NCBI GenBank assembly: GCA_042576405.1
Contig: JBHPFC010000016.1
Span: forward strand, 10,151-42,150
Direction: 5' to 3'
DNA length: 32,000 nt
From: Pseudomonadota bacterium
GTDB lineage: Bacteria > Pseudomonadota > Gammaproteobacteria > DSM-19610
Program-made: the position numbers and the translations under genes
Notes under the pieces: model-generated
The model's input: only the letters and a program-made list of their open reading frames with translations
Database searches by the model: none
What the model was told of the DNA's origin: nothing
Part shown: positions 16,737 through 25,498 of the stretch, piece after piece
Layout: the number at the start of each line of letters is the position of its first letter
Numbering within the stretch: position 1 is the stretch's first letter

Positions 16737-19576
16737 TGGTTGTGCTCAACTCAAAAGAGCAATCTCTGATTGAATACATGGGGAGGAGCGATGAGCATCT
16801 GCGCAAGGGTGTCAGTCTGATCGTCGATCGGGGAGATCCGGGTCGATATTTCGAGGCAGTTCAGGCCGCAGGCTTGTTAGATTCGGGCAAAAACCCGATG
16901 CCTGTGGCGACAGAGGATGGCAAGTACTGGCAAATACCATACTGGCCGATGCTTGATTTTCTCGTTGCTTGCACCAAACAAGCGGAACAAGGTGACGATG
17001 GCGAACTGGCTAATCAGGTCTTGCAGATCATTCGGTCTGTCAGTCAATCGGTCGAGAACAATGGTGGCGAGCCCAACAACTATCACACATTTCGAGTCTT
17101 TGCGGACATATTGGGATTAGTGCCGACTACCGCAGTAACAATGGCTGATGTAGATCTTATTCCCATTTGGCTAGGTGGAAGATTCGACCGCGGTGGCGTC
17201 TGTAACTCTCTCGATAAAGGCGCAGTGAAGCGGTTTCTCGATAGTCACAGTGCTGAAGACTGGCGGAAAGCACTTCGTATAATGGAGCATTGCACAGCGA
17301 CTTTATGGATAGATAAGGAAGGGTTCCACGGTGGCGTGCGTCGAGAGCCGGAGTCGGTAGTTGATGATCACTGGCTTAAGGAGATGATCAAGCATCACGC
17401 CGCAGTGCTCGGGCAGAAGCTAGGGCAGGAGGCTGCGGAAGTATTCCGAGATTGGGTAAGGGAAGTCTATCGAGAAGATGAGAGGGATCTTCCGAGCTAC
17501 ATCTTTCGACCAGCCATCGAAGAGAATGAGCAGAACTACGACTGGAATGGTGTTGATAATCGTTCCATAGAGGCGCTGCGTGACGCGCTCGATGGATGGA
17601 TAGCTGCAAACGGTGGCGATGTCACGGAGTATGTTAAGGGGCTGCTAGAAGATGAGCTAGAAATACTGAGGCGAACTGCGCTCTATTTGATAAATACTCA
17701 TTGGGATAGATTGGATGAAGTGCTGTCGCGCAGCATGGGTGTGGCCCTTTTCGATCAAGATATGCATCACGAACTTTATGATCTACTGGATGCAAGGTTC
17801 ATGTCGTTTTCAAACCCGTTAAAAGAAGCAACGGTCAATGCGATAGAGTCGATCCCACTCTCTGCAACAGACGATAATCCCGAATTATTGTTAGCGCGAA
17901 TTAGGCGGCGATGGTTATCTGCTATTGTTGGCAAGGGTTCTGAGCGAGCAGACCAGCTGTACGCGACCCTAATGCAGAATTACGATCTCGGTCGCCTGTC
18001 AAAGCATCCGAATTTTCTTTCGTATAGCGAGTCTAGGTCGGGCCCTGGCCCCTCGCCATATTCACCACAAGAACTCGCCGAGCTGAATCGAGGCGGCACC
18101 TTGATTGCAACTTTGGAAGCGTTTGAGCCTGGTGATACATGGGAAGGGCCTACAAAAAGAGCATTGGTTGATTCCTTAGAAGCAGCGGTGGGTCTCGATC
18201 CGGCTTCATTTATAAAGGCCTTACCCAGCTTCTTAGCTACGGAGCGTTGCTATCAGTACGGCGTCATTAACGGCTTCAAGGGGTTGTGGGATCGAGCAGA
18301 CAAAGACGATATGTCGTCTGGGTCTGGATGGGACTCTGCATGGCCAGCACTTTTTGACTTTTTTTCTTCACTTATTTCGGGCGATGCGTTTTGGGATGAA
18401 GAGGCTCCCGAGGATCGGGATATGACACCGACCCGTGACTGGATTCCCGGGCTGATTGCGGATTTTTTGCGTGCAGGTACTCGAGATGACGAAAAGGCAT
18501 ACTCGCCAGATTTGTTGCCGGCCGCACTACCAATAATTGATCGTTTATTGAATAAAGGGCAGGCAGTAGATGCGCCTAGCGATAATGCGATGACGCAAGC
18601 AATAAATTCCCAGAAAGGCAAAGCTGTGGAAGCTCTTTATGGTTATGCGCTAAGGTCAGCGAGGGTTGCGGACAATACCGATGGGAATCACGATGATGCT
18701 TGGGCGGCGGTTGAGCCAATCTACAACAGGGAGTTGGAGCTTTGCCATGGAGGCAATTTCGAGTTCTCGACATTGCTAGGTTCATACCTAGCTAATCTGG
18801 AATACTTGAACATTGCCTGGGTTGAGAATCATTTCCGGGATATCTTTTCGGAGGTGAATCCTGAGAACTTCGTGTGCGCACTAGGCGGCTTGGCTTATGG
18901 CCAGGCAACTCGCAGATCATTCGCTCTGTTACGCGACAATAACGTTTTCAATGCGGCCATTGGTCTGGATCTGCCCGGAAACCACACACGCGAAAAACTC
19001 GTGCAGCGTATCGCTTTGGGCTATTTGTGGGGCGACGAGCCGCTGGATTCAACGTGCTTCAATTTGATTTTTGACAATCACATTGATGGGGATCTTCAGA
19101 CGATTGCGACATTTTTCTGGAGCATAAGTAACCAGGACGTTGCTGATGAGCAAATTGAGAGAATCATGGCGTTCTGGACGCGTTGCGTGGAATGGGCGGC
19201 GGCTCAAACACCGGCACCGGAGGCATTGCTGGCGAAACTGAGCTTGTTGTCTTGCTATCTCAATGAAATCTCCGACGATAATCTGCAGCTTATGTTGGCG
19301 TGCGTTCCGTATGTTAACAACACCAATTATTCTTGGGAGTTGACCAAGACGTTGGAGTCCCTTGCGACCGAGAGCCCAGCAAACGTCGTTCAGGTTCTTG
19401 ATAAGTATTTGGAAAACTATCGCCCAAATTATGATTATCAGGAGTTGCTTAATAGTCTGATAAGGAAGCTGGCCCAAGGGGGGCAGAGGCTGGCGGCGTT
19501 GCGATTTACTGAAGACTTGCGTCAGCTTAGGGGTATGGACGAACTGTATCGAGAACTGATAGCTGATGACGATTGA
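16736..19576 (+). CDS. 946-aa protein of unknown function, probably all-alpha repeat; partner of the SIR2 gene
   Basis: Uninterrupted 2.8-kb ORF. Its ATG overlaps the SIR2 TGA as TGATG (16734-16738). Rich in W/D/E/L. I see no Walker A, no HD/PD-ExK/TIR/protease motif and no obvious TM helix. Confidence 0.85.
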   Translation: MVVLNSKEQSLIEYMGRSDEHLRKGVSLIVDRGDPGRYFEAVQAAGLLDSGKNPMPVATEDGKYWQIPYWPMLDFLVACTKQAEQGDDGELANQVLQIIRSVSQSVENNGGEPNNYHTFRVFADILGLVPTTAVTMADVDLIPIWLGGRFDRGGVCNSLDKGAVKRFLDSHSAEDWRKALRIMEHCTATLWIDKEGFHGGVRREPESVVDDHWLKEMIKHHAAVLGQKLGQEAAEVFRDWVREVYREDERDLPSYIFRPAIEENEQNYDWNGVDNRSIEALRDALDGWIAANGGDVTEYVKGLLEDELEILRRTALYLINTHWDRLDEVLSRSMGVALFDQDMHHELYDLLDARFMSFSNPLKEATVNAIESIPLSATDDNPELLLARIRRRWLSAIVGKGSERADQLYATLMQNYDLGRLSKHPNFLSYSESRSGPGPSPYSPQELAELNRGGTLIATLEAFEPGDTWEGPTKRALVDSLEAAVGLDPASFIKALPSFLATERCYQYGVINGFKGLWDRADKDDMSSGSGWDSAWPALFDFFSSLISGDAFWDEEAPEDRDMTPTRDWIPGLIADFLRAGTRDDEKAYSPDLLPAALPIIDRLLNKGQAVDAPSDNAMTQAINSQKGKAVEALYGYALRSARVADNTDGNHDDAWAAVEPIYNRELELCHGGNFEFSTLLGSYLANLEYLNIAWVENHFRDIFSEVNPENFVCALGGLAYGQATRRSFALLRDNNVFNAAIGLDLPGNHTREKLVQRIALGYLWGDEPLDSTCFNLIFDNHIDGDLQTIATFFWSISNQDVADEQIERIMAFWTRCVEWAAAQTPAPEALLAKLSLLSCYLNEISDDNLQLMLACVPYVNNTNYSWELTKTLESLATESPANVVQVLDKYLENYRPNYDYQELLNSLIRKLAQGGQRLAALRFTEDLRQLRGMDELYRELIADDD

Positions 19577-19636
19577 AGCGCACAGGTTTCGTTTGCCCCA
19601 TACGTATTGCATCAGCCTGATTCAGTTCCCCCGATT

Positions 19637-19692
19637 CCTTTGTCCCAATGCAATAACGCCATGAATTCCATGAGCGGCGGCCGGGACAAAGG
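19637..19692. repeat. 10-bp perfect inverted repeat CCTTTGTCCC / GGGACAAAGG with a 36-nt spacer, between the island's last gene and the tRNA
   Basis: Read directly (19637-19646 and 19683-19692). Nearby imperfect direct repeats ATAACGC(C/T)ATGAAT lie at 19653-19666 and 19720-19733. Confidence 0.5.
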
Positions 19693-19743
19693 GGATTCCG
19701 ATCCCTTGGTCTCAACGACATAACGCTATGAATATTCTATGGA

Positions 19744-19820
<77 letters not shown>

Positions 19821-19885
19821 TTGACTGGTGGGGGAGTGTACCTGCCGATCGCGGGGGCGTCACCTGTTGATGATGCCCCGCTAGA

Positions 19886-21736
19886 TCAGGAATCGATTTC
19901 CAGGAAACTGCGCAGCTGTTCCGAGCGGCTCGGATGACGCAGTTTACGCAGTGCCTTGGCTTCAATCTGACGAATACGCTCACGTGTAACGTCGAACTGT
20001 TTGCCGACTTCTTCCAGCGTGTGGTCCGTATTCATATCGATACCAAAGCGCATGCGCAATACCTTGGCTTCGCGAGGTGTGAGGCCACAGAGTACGCCTT
20101 GAGTAGCCTCTTTCAGGCCAGCGCCGGAAGCAGAATCAACCGGTGAGTCAATGCTGGTGTCCTCGATGAAATCGCCCAGGTGTGAGTCTTCGTCATCACC
20201 GATCGGGGTTTCCATGGAGATGGGTTCCTTGGCGATCTTGAGCACCTTGCGAACCTTGTCTTCCGGCATGTCCATGCGTTCGGCAAGTTCTTCAGGCAGC
20301 GGTTCGCGCCCCATTTCCTGCAGCATTTGCCGGGAGATGCGGTTCAGCTTGTTGATGGTCTCAATCATATGCACCGGAATACGGATGGTGCGTGCCTGGT
20401 CGGCAATTGAACGTGTAATCGCCTGACGGATCCACCAGGTGGCGTAAGTCGAGAACTTGTAACCACGGCGGTATTCAAACTTGTCCACCGCCTTCATCAG
20501 GCCGATATTGCCTTCCTGGATCAGGTCGAGGAACTGCAGGCCACGGTTGGTGTATTTCTTGGCAATGGATATAACCAGGCGCAGGTTGGCTTCCACCATT
20601 TCTTTCTTGGCACGGCGTGCCTTGGCCTCGCCAATGGACATGCGGCGATTGATGTCCTTGATCTGGCTGATGCTCAGGCTGGTATCTTTCTGGATATTTA
20701 CCAGCTTGTTCTGGGCGCGCAGTATTTCTTCCTTGTGCTGTTCCAGCACTGGCGAGTACTTGTGCCCGCCCTTGATCTGGGTGTCCAGCCAGTTAAGGTC
20801 AGTTTCATTATCCGGGAAGGAGGTGATGAAGTCTTTTCTCGGCATCAGCGCGTCGTGTACGCAGATGCCCATAATCACACGCTCGTGGGTGCGGATACGC
20901 GCCACAGTTTTACGCAGACTATCGGTCAGGGTTTCCACCATGCGTGGTGCCAGTTTCAGGCATTTCAGGTGTTCGACCATCTGGACAACAGCTTTCTCAA
21001 TACGAGATTCGTTGCGGGTCTTGGCATTGAGTGCGGTAATCAGCTTGTCATGCAACTTACGCAGTTCAGCGAAGAATTCGCGTGTTTCTTCCGGATCAGG
21101 GCCGGTGTCTACAGGTGCGGCCTCTTCTTCATCGTCGTCTTTATCTTTGTCTTTGTCAGCATCATTGCCTTTGCTGGCGTCGTTCGCGGCAGCAGGTGAC
21201 GGAATCGGCTCGTCAACAGCATTCGGATCAATGAAGCCGGTAAACAAATCGGTCAGGCGTGATTCACCTGCCTCGACCTTGGCGTACTCATCAAGCAGTC
21301 GTTTTGATGTTGCCGGGTAGCTGGAAAGCGCCTGGTAGACCTGGCCCAGCCCATCTTCTATGCGCTTGGCAATCTCAATTTCGCCTTCTCGGGTGAGCAG
21401 CTCAACCGTGCCCATTTCCCGCATGTACATACGTACCGGGTCGGTGGTGCGACCAAACTCACTGTCGACCGTTGCCAGGGCTGCGGCAGCTTCTTCGGCA
21501 GCGTCTTCGTCAGCTGGAGAAGATTCGTTGGACATGATCAGCGTGTCGGCGTCAGGTGCGGTTTCGTGCACCTGGATACCCATGTCGTTGATCATGCCGA
21601 TAATGTCTTCGATCTGCTCCGGATCGACGATGTCATCCGGCAGATGGTCATTAACCTCGGCATAGGTAAGGAAGCCCTGCTCTTTACCTTTGGCGATCAG
21701 CAGTTTGAGTTGCGATTGTTGGTTCTGGTTCATCAC
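19886..21736 (-). CDS. rpoD: RNA polymerase primary sigma factor sigma-70 (RpoD)
   Basis: 616 aa with region 1.1, an acidic spacer, region 2 ([52 protein letters not shown]), and regions 3 and 4 ([27 protein letters not shown]). Confidence 0.97.
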   Translation of the reverse strand: MMNQNQQSQLKLLIAKGKEQGFLTYAEVNDHLPDDIVDPEQIEDIIGMINDMGIQVHETAPDADTLIMSNESSPADEDAAEEAAAALATVDSEFGRTTDPVRMYMREMGTVELLTREGEIEIAKRIEDGLGQVYQALSSYPATSKRLLDEYAKVEAGESRLTDLFTGFIDPNAVDEPIPSPAAANDASKGNDADKDKDKDDDEEEAAPVDTGPDPEETREFFAELRKLHDKLITALNAKTRNESRIEKAVVQMVEHLKCLKLAPRMVETLTDSLRKTVARIRTHERVIMGICVHDALMPRKDFITSFPDNETDLNWLDTQIKGGHKYSPVLEQHKEEILRAQNKLVNIQKDTSLSISQIKDINRRMSIGEAKARRAKKEMVEANLRLVISIAKKYTNRGLQFLDLIQEGNIGLMKAVDKFEYRRGYKFSTYATWWIRQAITRSIADQARTIRIPVHMIETINKLNRISRQMLQEMGREPLPEELAERMDMPEDKVRKVLKIAKEPISMETPIGDDEDSHLGDFIEDTSIDSPVDSASGAGLKEATQGVLCGLTPREAKVLRMRFGIDMNTDHTLEEVGKQFDVTRERIRQIEAKALRKLRHPSRSEQLRSFLEIDS

Positions 21737-21831
21737 CTGAACGTGTCCCCGTAGTAGGTCCGTCGATCGTTTACAAAAGTCAAACGACCATTGTAGTTGA
21801 TAAAGGCTATATTAGCCAGTTCTGTTACATA

Positions 21832-23598
21832 TCAATCGGCAGGTTCCTGTGCCGAGTGCTGAGTCACAAGCAGTTGTTTAAGCTCGGTTTTCTCTGCATC
21901 ACTTAGTGTACTGTCACGGCTCTTCAAAAGTAGCTGTGCAGTACGCTGATGGTTCCGTTGTTCCAACAGACGTTGGACAGCGCCAGATAATTCCTGTTCA
22001 TAGCCATCTGCCGGTACCATCAGCGGCGTGCTCGCGAGCCGGGCCAGATGGGTTTCTTCCGGCCGACCGCGCCAGTGTTCCAGTAGTCCGCCAGTAGATA
22101 GATGCGGGTTACTCGCCGTTAATTCAAGTAACTCGACCAATAGTTCAACACCGGGCAGGTCCAGATCTGCGAAGCCGTAGGGCGGCGCAATGAGTGCGCC
22201 CAGGGCCGGTTGCTCCAGCAGCAATCTGATGGCGCTGCGCACCGGGCTGCGACTGAGATCCCGGCGTGGCTGGTGGTCTGTTGGTGGGTCGGGTTCGGTG
22301 GCCTCGCCGAGCACACGTCGTTGCAGCTGTGGAAGCTTCAGACCGCTGTATTCCGATAATTGCTCCAGCATCAGGTCACGAAATACAGAGTCCGGCAATG
22401 TCGCTAACAAGGGGCGGGCAAGTTCCACCAGGCGGGCTCGTCCATCCACACTGGTAGTATCGACTTGCCGGCCCAGTGATTCATAAAAAAACTTTGAAAG
22501 TGGGACTGATTCGACAGTTTTTTGCCGAAATGTTTCTGCGCCGATACGGCGCACCAGGGAATCCGGGTCTTCACCTTCAGGCAGGAACAGGAAGCGTGCC
22601 TCGCGGCCATCACGCAGCACCGGCAGTGCATTCTCCAGTGCCCGCCAGGCAGCGCGGCGTCCGGCGGCATCGCCGTCGAAGCAGAACACGACTTCGCTGA
22701 CGGTACGGTAAAGACGTTCCAGGTGCTCGGGCGTTGTGGCAGTGCCCAGCGTAGCAACCGCGTTGGTGAGGCCAAACTGTGCCAGTGCAACAACGTCCAT
22801 GTAGCCTTCGACCACCAGCAGGCGCTCCAGTTTCTGGTTGGCCTTGCGGGCTTCGAACAGGCCATAGAGTTCCCGCCCCTTGTGGAACACGGGACTCTCC
22901 GGGCTGTTCATGTACTTGGGTTTTTCGTCACCCAGTACCCGGCCGCCAAAGCCGATACAGCGGCCGCGGCGGTCGCGAATGGGGAACATGACGCGGTCGC
23001 GAAAACGGTCATAGCGGCCGCCATCGTCTTTTTCGACCAGCAGGCCGAGTTCAGTGGCGAGGCGCTGTGATTCGGGGTCGCCAAACTGTTTCAGCAGTGA
23101 ATCCCAGCCAGGTGGCGCGTACCCCAGGCCAAATGTCTGGGCGATTTCGCCACTGAGTCCCCGGTCCTTGAGATATGCCACTGCCTTGTCTGCCTGTGCG
23201 TGCTGGCGCAGTTGGGCGCGGTAAAATTGATCGACGCGTTCCAGCAGGGCGTAGTGATCGGTTCGCTGCTGTTCAGCCTGCGGCGACTGGCTGCCAGATT
23301 CTCGCGGAACTTCCATGCCAACTGAGCGGGCCAGTTCCTCGATAGCTTCCGGAAATGCCAGGTTGTCGTATTCCATCAGAAAACTAATGGCGCTACCGTG
23401 GGCTCCACAGCCGAAGCAATGGTAGAACTGCTTGCCGGGGCTGACCGTAAATGACGGTGTTTTTTCGTTATGGAAGGGGCAGCAGGCCTGATATTCGCGG
23501 CCGGTTTTTTTCAGCTGCAGGCGCGCATCAATGAGATCAACAATATCGACCCGGTTAAGGAGTTCGTCGATAAAGGATTGCGGAATACGGCCGGCCAT
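21832..23598 (-). CDS. dnaG: DNA primase (DnaG)
   Basis: CHC2 zinc finger CCPFHNEKTPSFTVSPGKQFYHCFGCGAHG, a Toprim domain (VVEGYMDV...DGDAAG) and a DnaB-interaction C-terminal domain. Confidence 0.97.
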   Translation of the reverse strand: MAGRIPQSFIDELLNRVDIVDLIDARLQLKKTGREYQACCPFHNEKTPSFTVSPGKQFYHCFGCGAHGSAISFLMEYDNLAFPEAIEELARSVGMEVPRESGSQSPQAEQQRTDHYALLERVDQFYRAQLRQHAQADKAVAYLKDRGLSGEIAQTFGLGYAPPGWDSLLKQFGDPESQRLATELGLLVEKDDGGRYDRFRDRVMFPIRDRRGRCIGFGGRVLGDEKPKYMNSPESPVFHKGRELYGLFEARKANQKLERLLVVEGYMDVVALAQFGLTNAVATLGTATTPEHLERLYRTVSEVVFCFDGDAAGRRAAWRALENALPVLRDGREARFLFLPEGEDPDSLVRRIGAETFRQKTVESVPLSKFFYESLGRQVDTTSVDGRARLVELARPLLATLPDSVFRDLMLEQLSEYSGLKLPQLQRRVLGEATEPDPPTDHQPRRDLSRSPVRSAIRLLLEQPALGALIAPPYGFADLDLPGVELLVELLELTASNPHLSTGGLLEHWRGRPEETHLARLASTPLMVPADGYEQELSGAVQRLLEQRNHQRTAQLLLKSRDSTLSDAEKTELKQLLVTQHSAQEPAD

Positions 23599-23680
23599 GA
23601 GGCAATGGTAAGAGAGGGGGGCGGGCGATTACAAAGTTTGCTGGGGGGCGCCGCGCAGATTTCTGGCTGCAGCTGAAATA

Positions 23681-24124
23681 TCAGGACAGGCGGGCTTTGA
23701 TCTTGCCGCTGACAGCGCCCATATCGGCGCGACCGGCAAGTTTGGACTTCAGTTGACCCATGATTTTACCCATGTCCTTGATCGAGCTTGCCCCCGTGGC
23801 AGTTACGGCCGCTTCGATCATGGCATCGATTTCCGCTTCGCCCAGTTGCTCGGGCAGATAGCTCTTCAGGAGTTCAAGCTCGAATTTTTCCTGGTCAGCG
23901 AGGTCATCGCGACCGGCTTTTTCGTATTGTTCAATCGACTCGCGGCGTTGCTTGGCCATCTTGTCGATTGCTGCAGTCACCTGTTCGTCGTCCAGCTCAA
24001 TGCGCTCGTCTACCTCACGCTGTTTAATGGCAGCGTTAATCAGGCGAATGACAGCCAGCTGGCGCTTTTCACCGGCGCGCATGGCTGCTTTCATATCCTG
24101 CTGGAGTTTATCCTTCAGGGACAT
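23681..24124 (-). CDS. yqeY: GatB/YqeY domain-containing protein
   Basis: 147 aa. MSLKDKLQQDMKAAMRAGEK..L..IRL...AIKQ.EVD and the C-terminus GRADMGAVSGKIKARL are typical of the YqeY family. It holds the conserved position between rpsU and dnaG. Confidence 0.9.
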   Translation of the reverse strand: MSLKDKLQQDMKAAMRAGEKRQLAVIRLINAAIKQREVDERIELDDEQVTAAIDKMAKQRRESIEQYEKAGRDDLADQEKFELELLKSYLPEQLGEAEIDAMIEAAVTATGASSIKDMGKIMGQLKSKLAGRADMGAVSGKIKARLS

Positions 24125-24144
24125 GGCTGAGACAACCGATGGAA

Positions 24145-24360
24145 TTAATACAGGCGGGTGCGACGGGCGTTTTCGCGAAAGACTTTCTTGGCATGGCGTT
24201 TTACCGCGGCAGCCTGTTTGCGCTTGCGTTCCTGGGTGGGTTTTTCATAAAACTCACGGCGGCGGACTTCTGACAGAATGCCCGCCTTTTCACAGGAGCG
24301 TTTGAAGCGACGCAGGGCAACTTCGAAAGGCTCGTTTTCACGTACTTTTACTTGTGGCAA
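24145..24360 (-). CDS. rpsU: 30S ribosomal protein S21
   Basis: [48 protein letters not shown]...RTRLY is near-identical in pattern to E. coli S21. TTG start with an AGGAAA SD. Confidence 0.95.
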   Translation of the reverse strand: MPQVKVRENEPFEVALRRFKRSCEKAGILSEVRRREFYEKPTQERKRKQAAAVKRHAKKVFRENARRTRLY

Positions 24361-24399
24361 ATCCGTTTCCTCATTGCTCGGAAATACGAAAGGGCGCGT

Positions 24400-24428
24400 A
24401 TTGTAACAGTGGTTTCGGCAAAGGTAAA
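24400..24428 (-). promoter_or_regulatory. Candidate sigma-70 promoter of the rpsU operon
   Basis: On the minus strand: -35 TTTACC (24423-24428), a 17-nt spacer, then -10 TACAAT (24400-24405) preceded by TGt (extended -10-like). It lies about 40 nt upstream of the rpsU start. Confidence 0.4.
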
Positions 24429-24484
24429 ACGCTGATTTCGGGACGGAACTAGGCGGGCGGCAGCGCTACCGGTACCATAAGCGT

Positions 24485-25498
24485 ATGTTGGTACTCGGAA
24501 TTGAATCATCCTGCGACGAAACCGGTGTGGCCCTGTTTGATACGGAAAAGGGTCTGCGGGGGCATGCGCTGCATAGTCAGGTCCGGCTGCATGCGGAATA
24601 TGGTGGCGTCGTGCCGGAGCTCGCCTCACGTGACCATGTGCGCAAGGCCCTGCCGCTGTTGTCCCGGTTGTTCGAGCAGGCCGGGCTGGAACGCGGAGCC
24701 ATCGACGCGGTCGCCTATACGGCCGGCCCCGGCCTCATCGGGGCGCTGATGGTGGGTGCCAGCATCGGCCGCAGCCTGGCCTGGAGCCTGGGTGTGCCGG
24801 CACTGGGCGTGCATCATATGGAGGGCCACCTGCTGGCTCCCATGCTGGAATCGCCAGCCCCGGAATTTCCTTTTGTGGCGCTGCTGGTGTCCGGTGGGCA
24901 TACCATGCTGGTACAGGTGGACGGTGTCGGCCGCTACCGGATTCTGGGCGATACGCTCGACGATGCTGTCGGAGAAGCCTTCGACAAGACCGCCAAGTTA
25001 CTCGGTCTTGAGTATCCCGGAGGGCCGTTGCTGGCCAAACTGGCCGAACGGGGTCGGCCGGAGCGATTCCGCTTTCCGCGCCCCATGACTGATCGCCCGG
25101 GTCTGGATTTCAGTTTTAGCGGGCTGAAAACCTTCGCCCTGACCACCAGCCGGGATGCCGGTGGCGATGATCAGACATGTGCCGATATTGCCCGTGCCTT
25201 CCAGGATGCTGTGGTCGACACCATGATTATTAAATGCCGGCGGGCACTGCAGCAGACCGGGATTAATCGCCTGGTCATAGCCGGTGGCGTAGGCGCCAAT
25301 CAGGCGTTGCGCGAAGGTCTGCAGGCAATGGCTGATGAGCTGTCGGCTGAGCTGTTCTACCCCCGCCTGGAGTTTTGTACCGACAACGGCGCAATGATTG
25401 CCTACGCGGGTGCCTGCCGCCTGGCAGCAGGTCAGCAGCAGGGACTGGAAATCAGCGTGCGCCCGCGCTGGTCGCTCGAAGAATTGCAGCCGCTATAG
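24485..25498 (+). CDS. tsaD: tRNA N6-adenosine threonylcarbamoyltransferase (TsaD/Gcp)
   Basis: [19 protein letters not shown]..., [17 protein letters not shown] and AGGVGAN are hallmark TsaD blocks. Divergent from rpsU, as in many gammaproteobacteria. Confidence 0.95.
   Translation: MLVLGIESSCDETGVALFDTEKGLRGHALHSQVRLHAEYGGVVPELASRDHVRKALPLLSRLFEQAGLERGAIDAVAYTAGPGLIGALMVGASIGRSLAWSLGVPALGVHHMEGHLLAPMLESPAPEFPFVALLVSGGHTMLVQVDGVGRYRILGDTLDDAVGEAFDKTAKLLGLEYPGGPLLAKLAERGRPERFRFPRPMTDRPGLDFSFSGLKTFALTTSRDAGGDDQTCADIARAFQDAVVDTMIIKCRRALQQTGINRLVIAGGVGANQALREGLQAMADELSAELFYPRLEFCTDNGAMIAYAGACRLAAGQQQGLEISVRPRWSLEELQPL

Noticed and set aside
19821-19885. GC hairpin (GCGGGG...CCCCGC) between the rpoD stop and the tRNA as an intrinsic terminator
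   Set aside because: It has a 6-bp stem with a loop of about 17 nt and no following T-tract on the minus strand. The tRNA may simply be co-transcribed with rpoD.
19934-23676. Plus-strand ORFs inside rpoD and dnaG (for example 20481-21320 at 279 aa and 22522-23070 at 182 aa)
   Set aside because: They are antisense to highly conserved genes and have S/R/A-rich junk translations with no SD or family signal.
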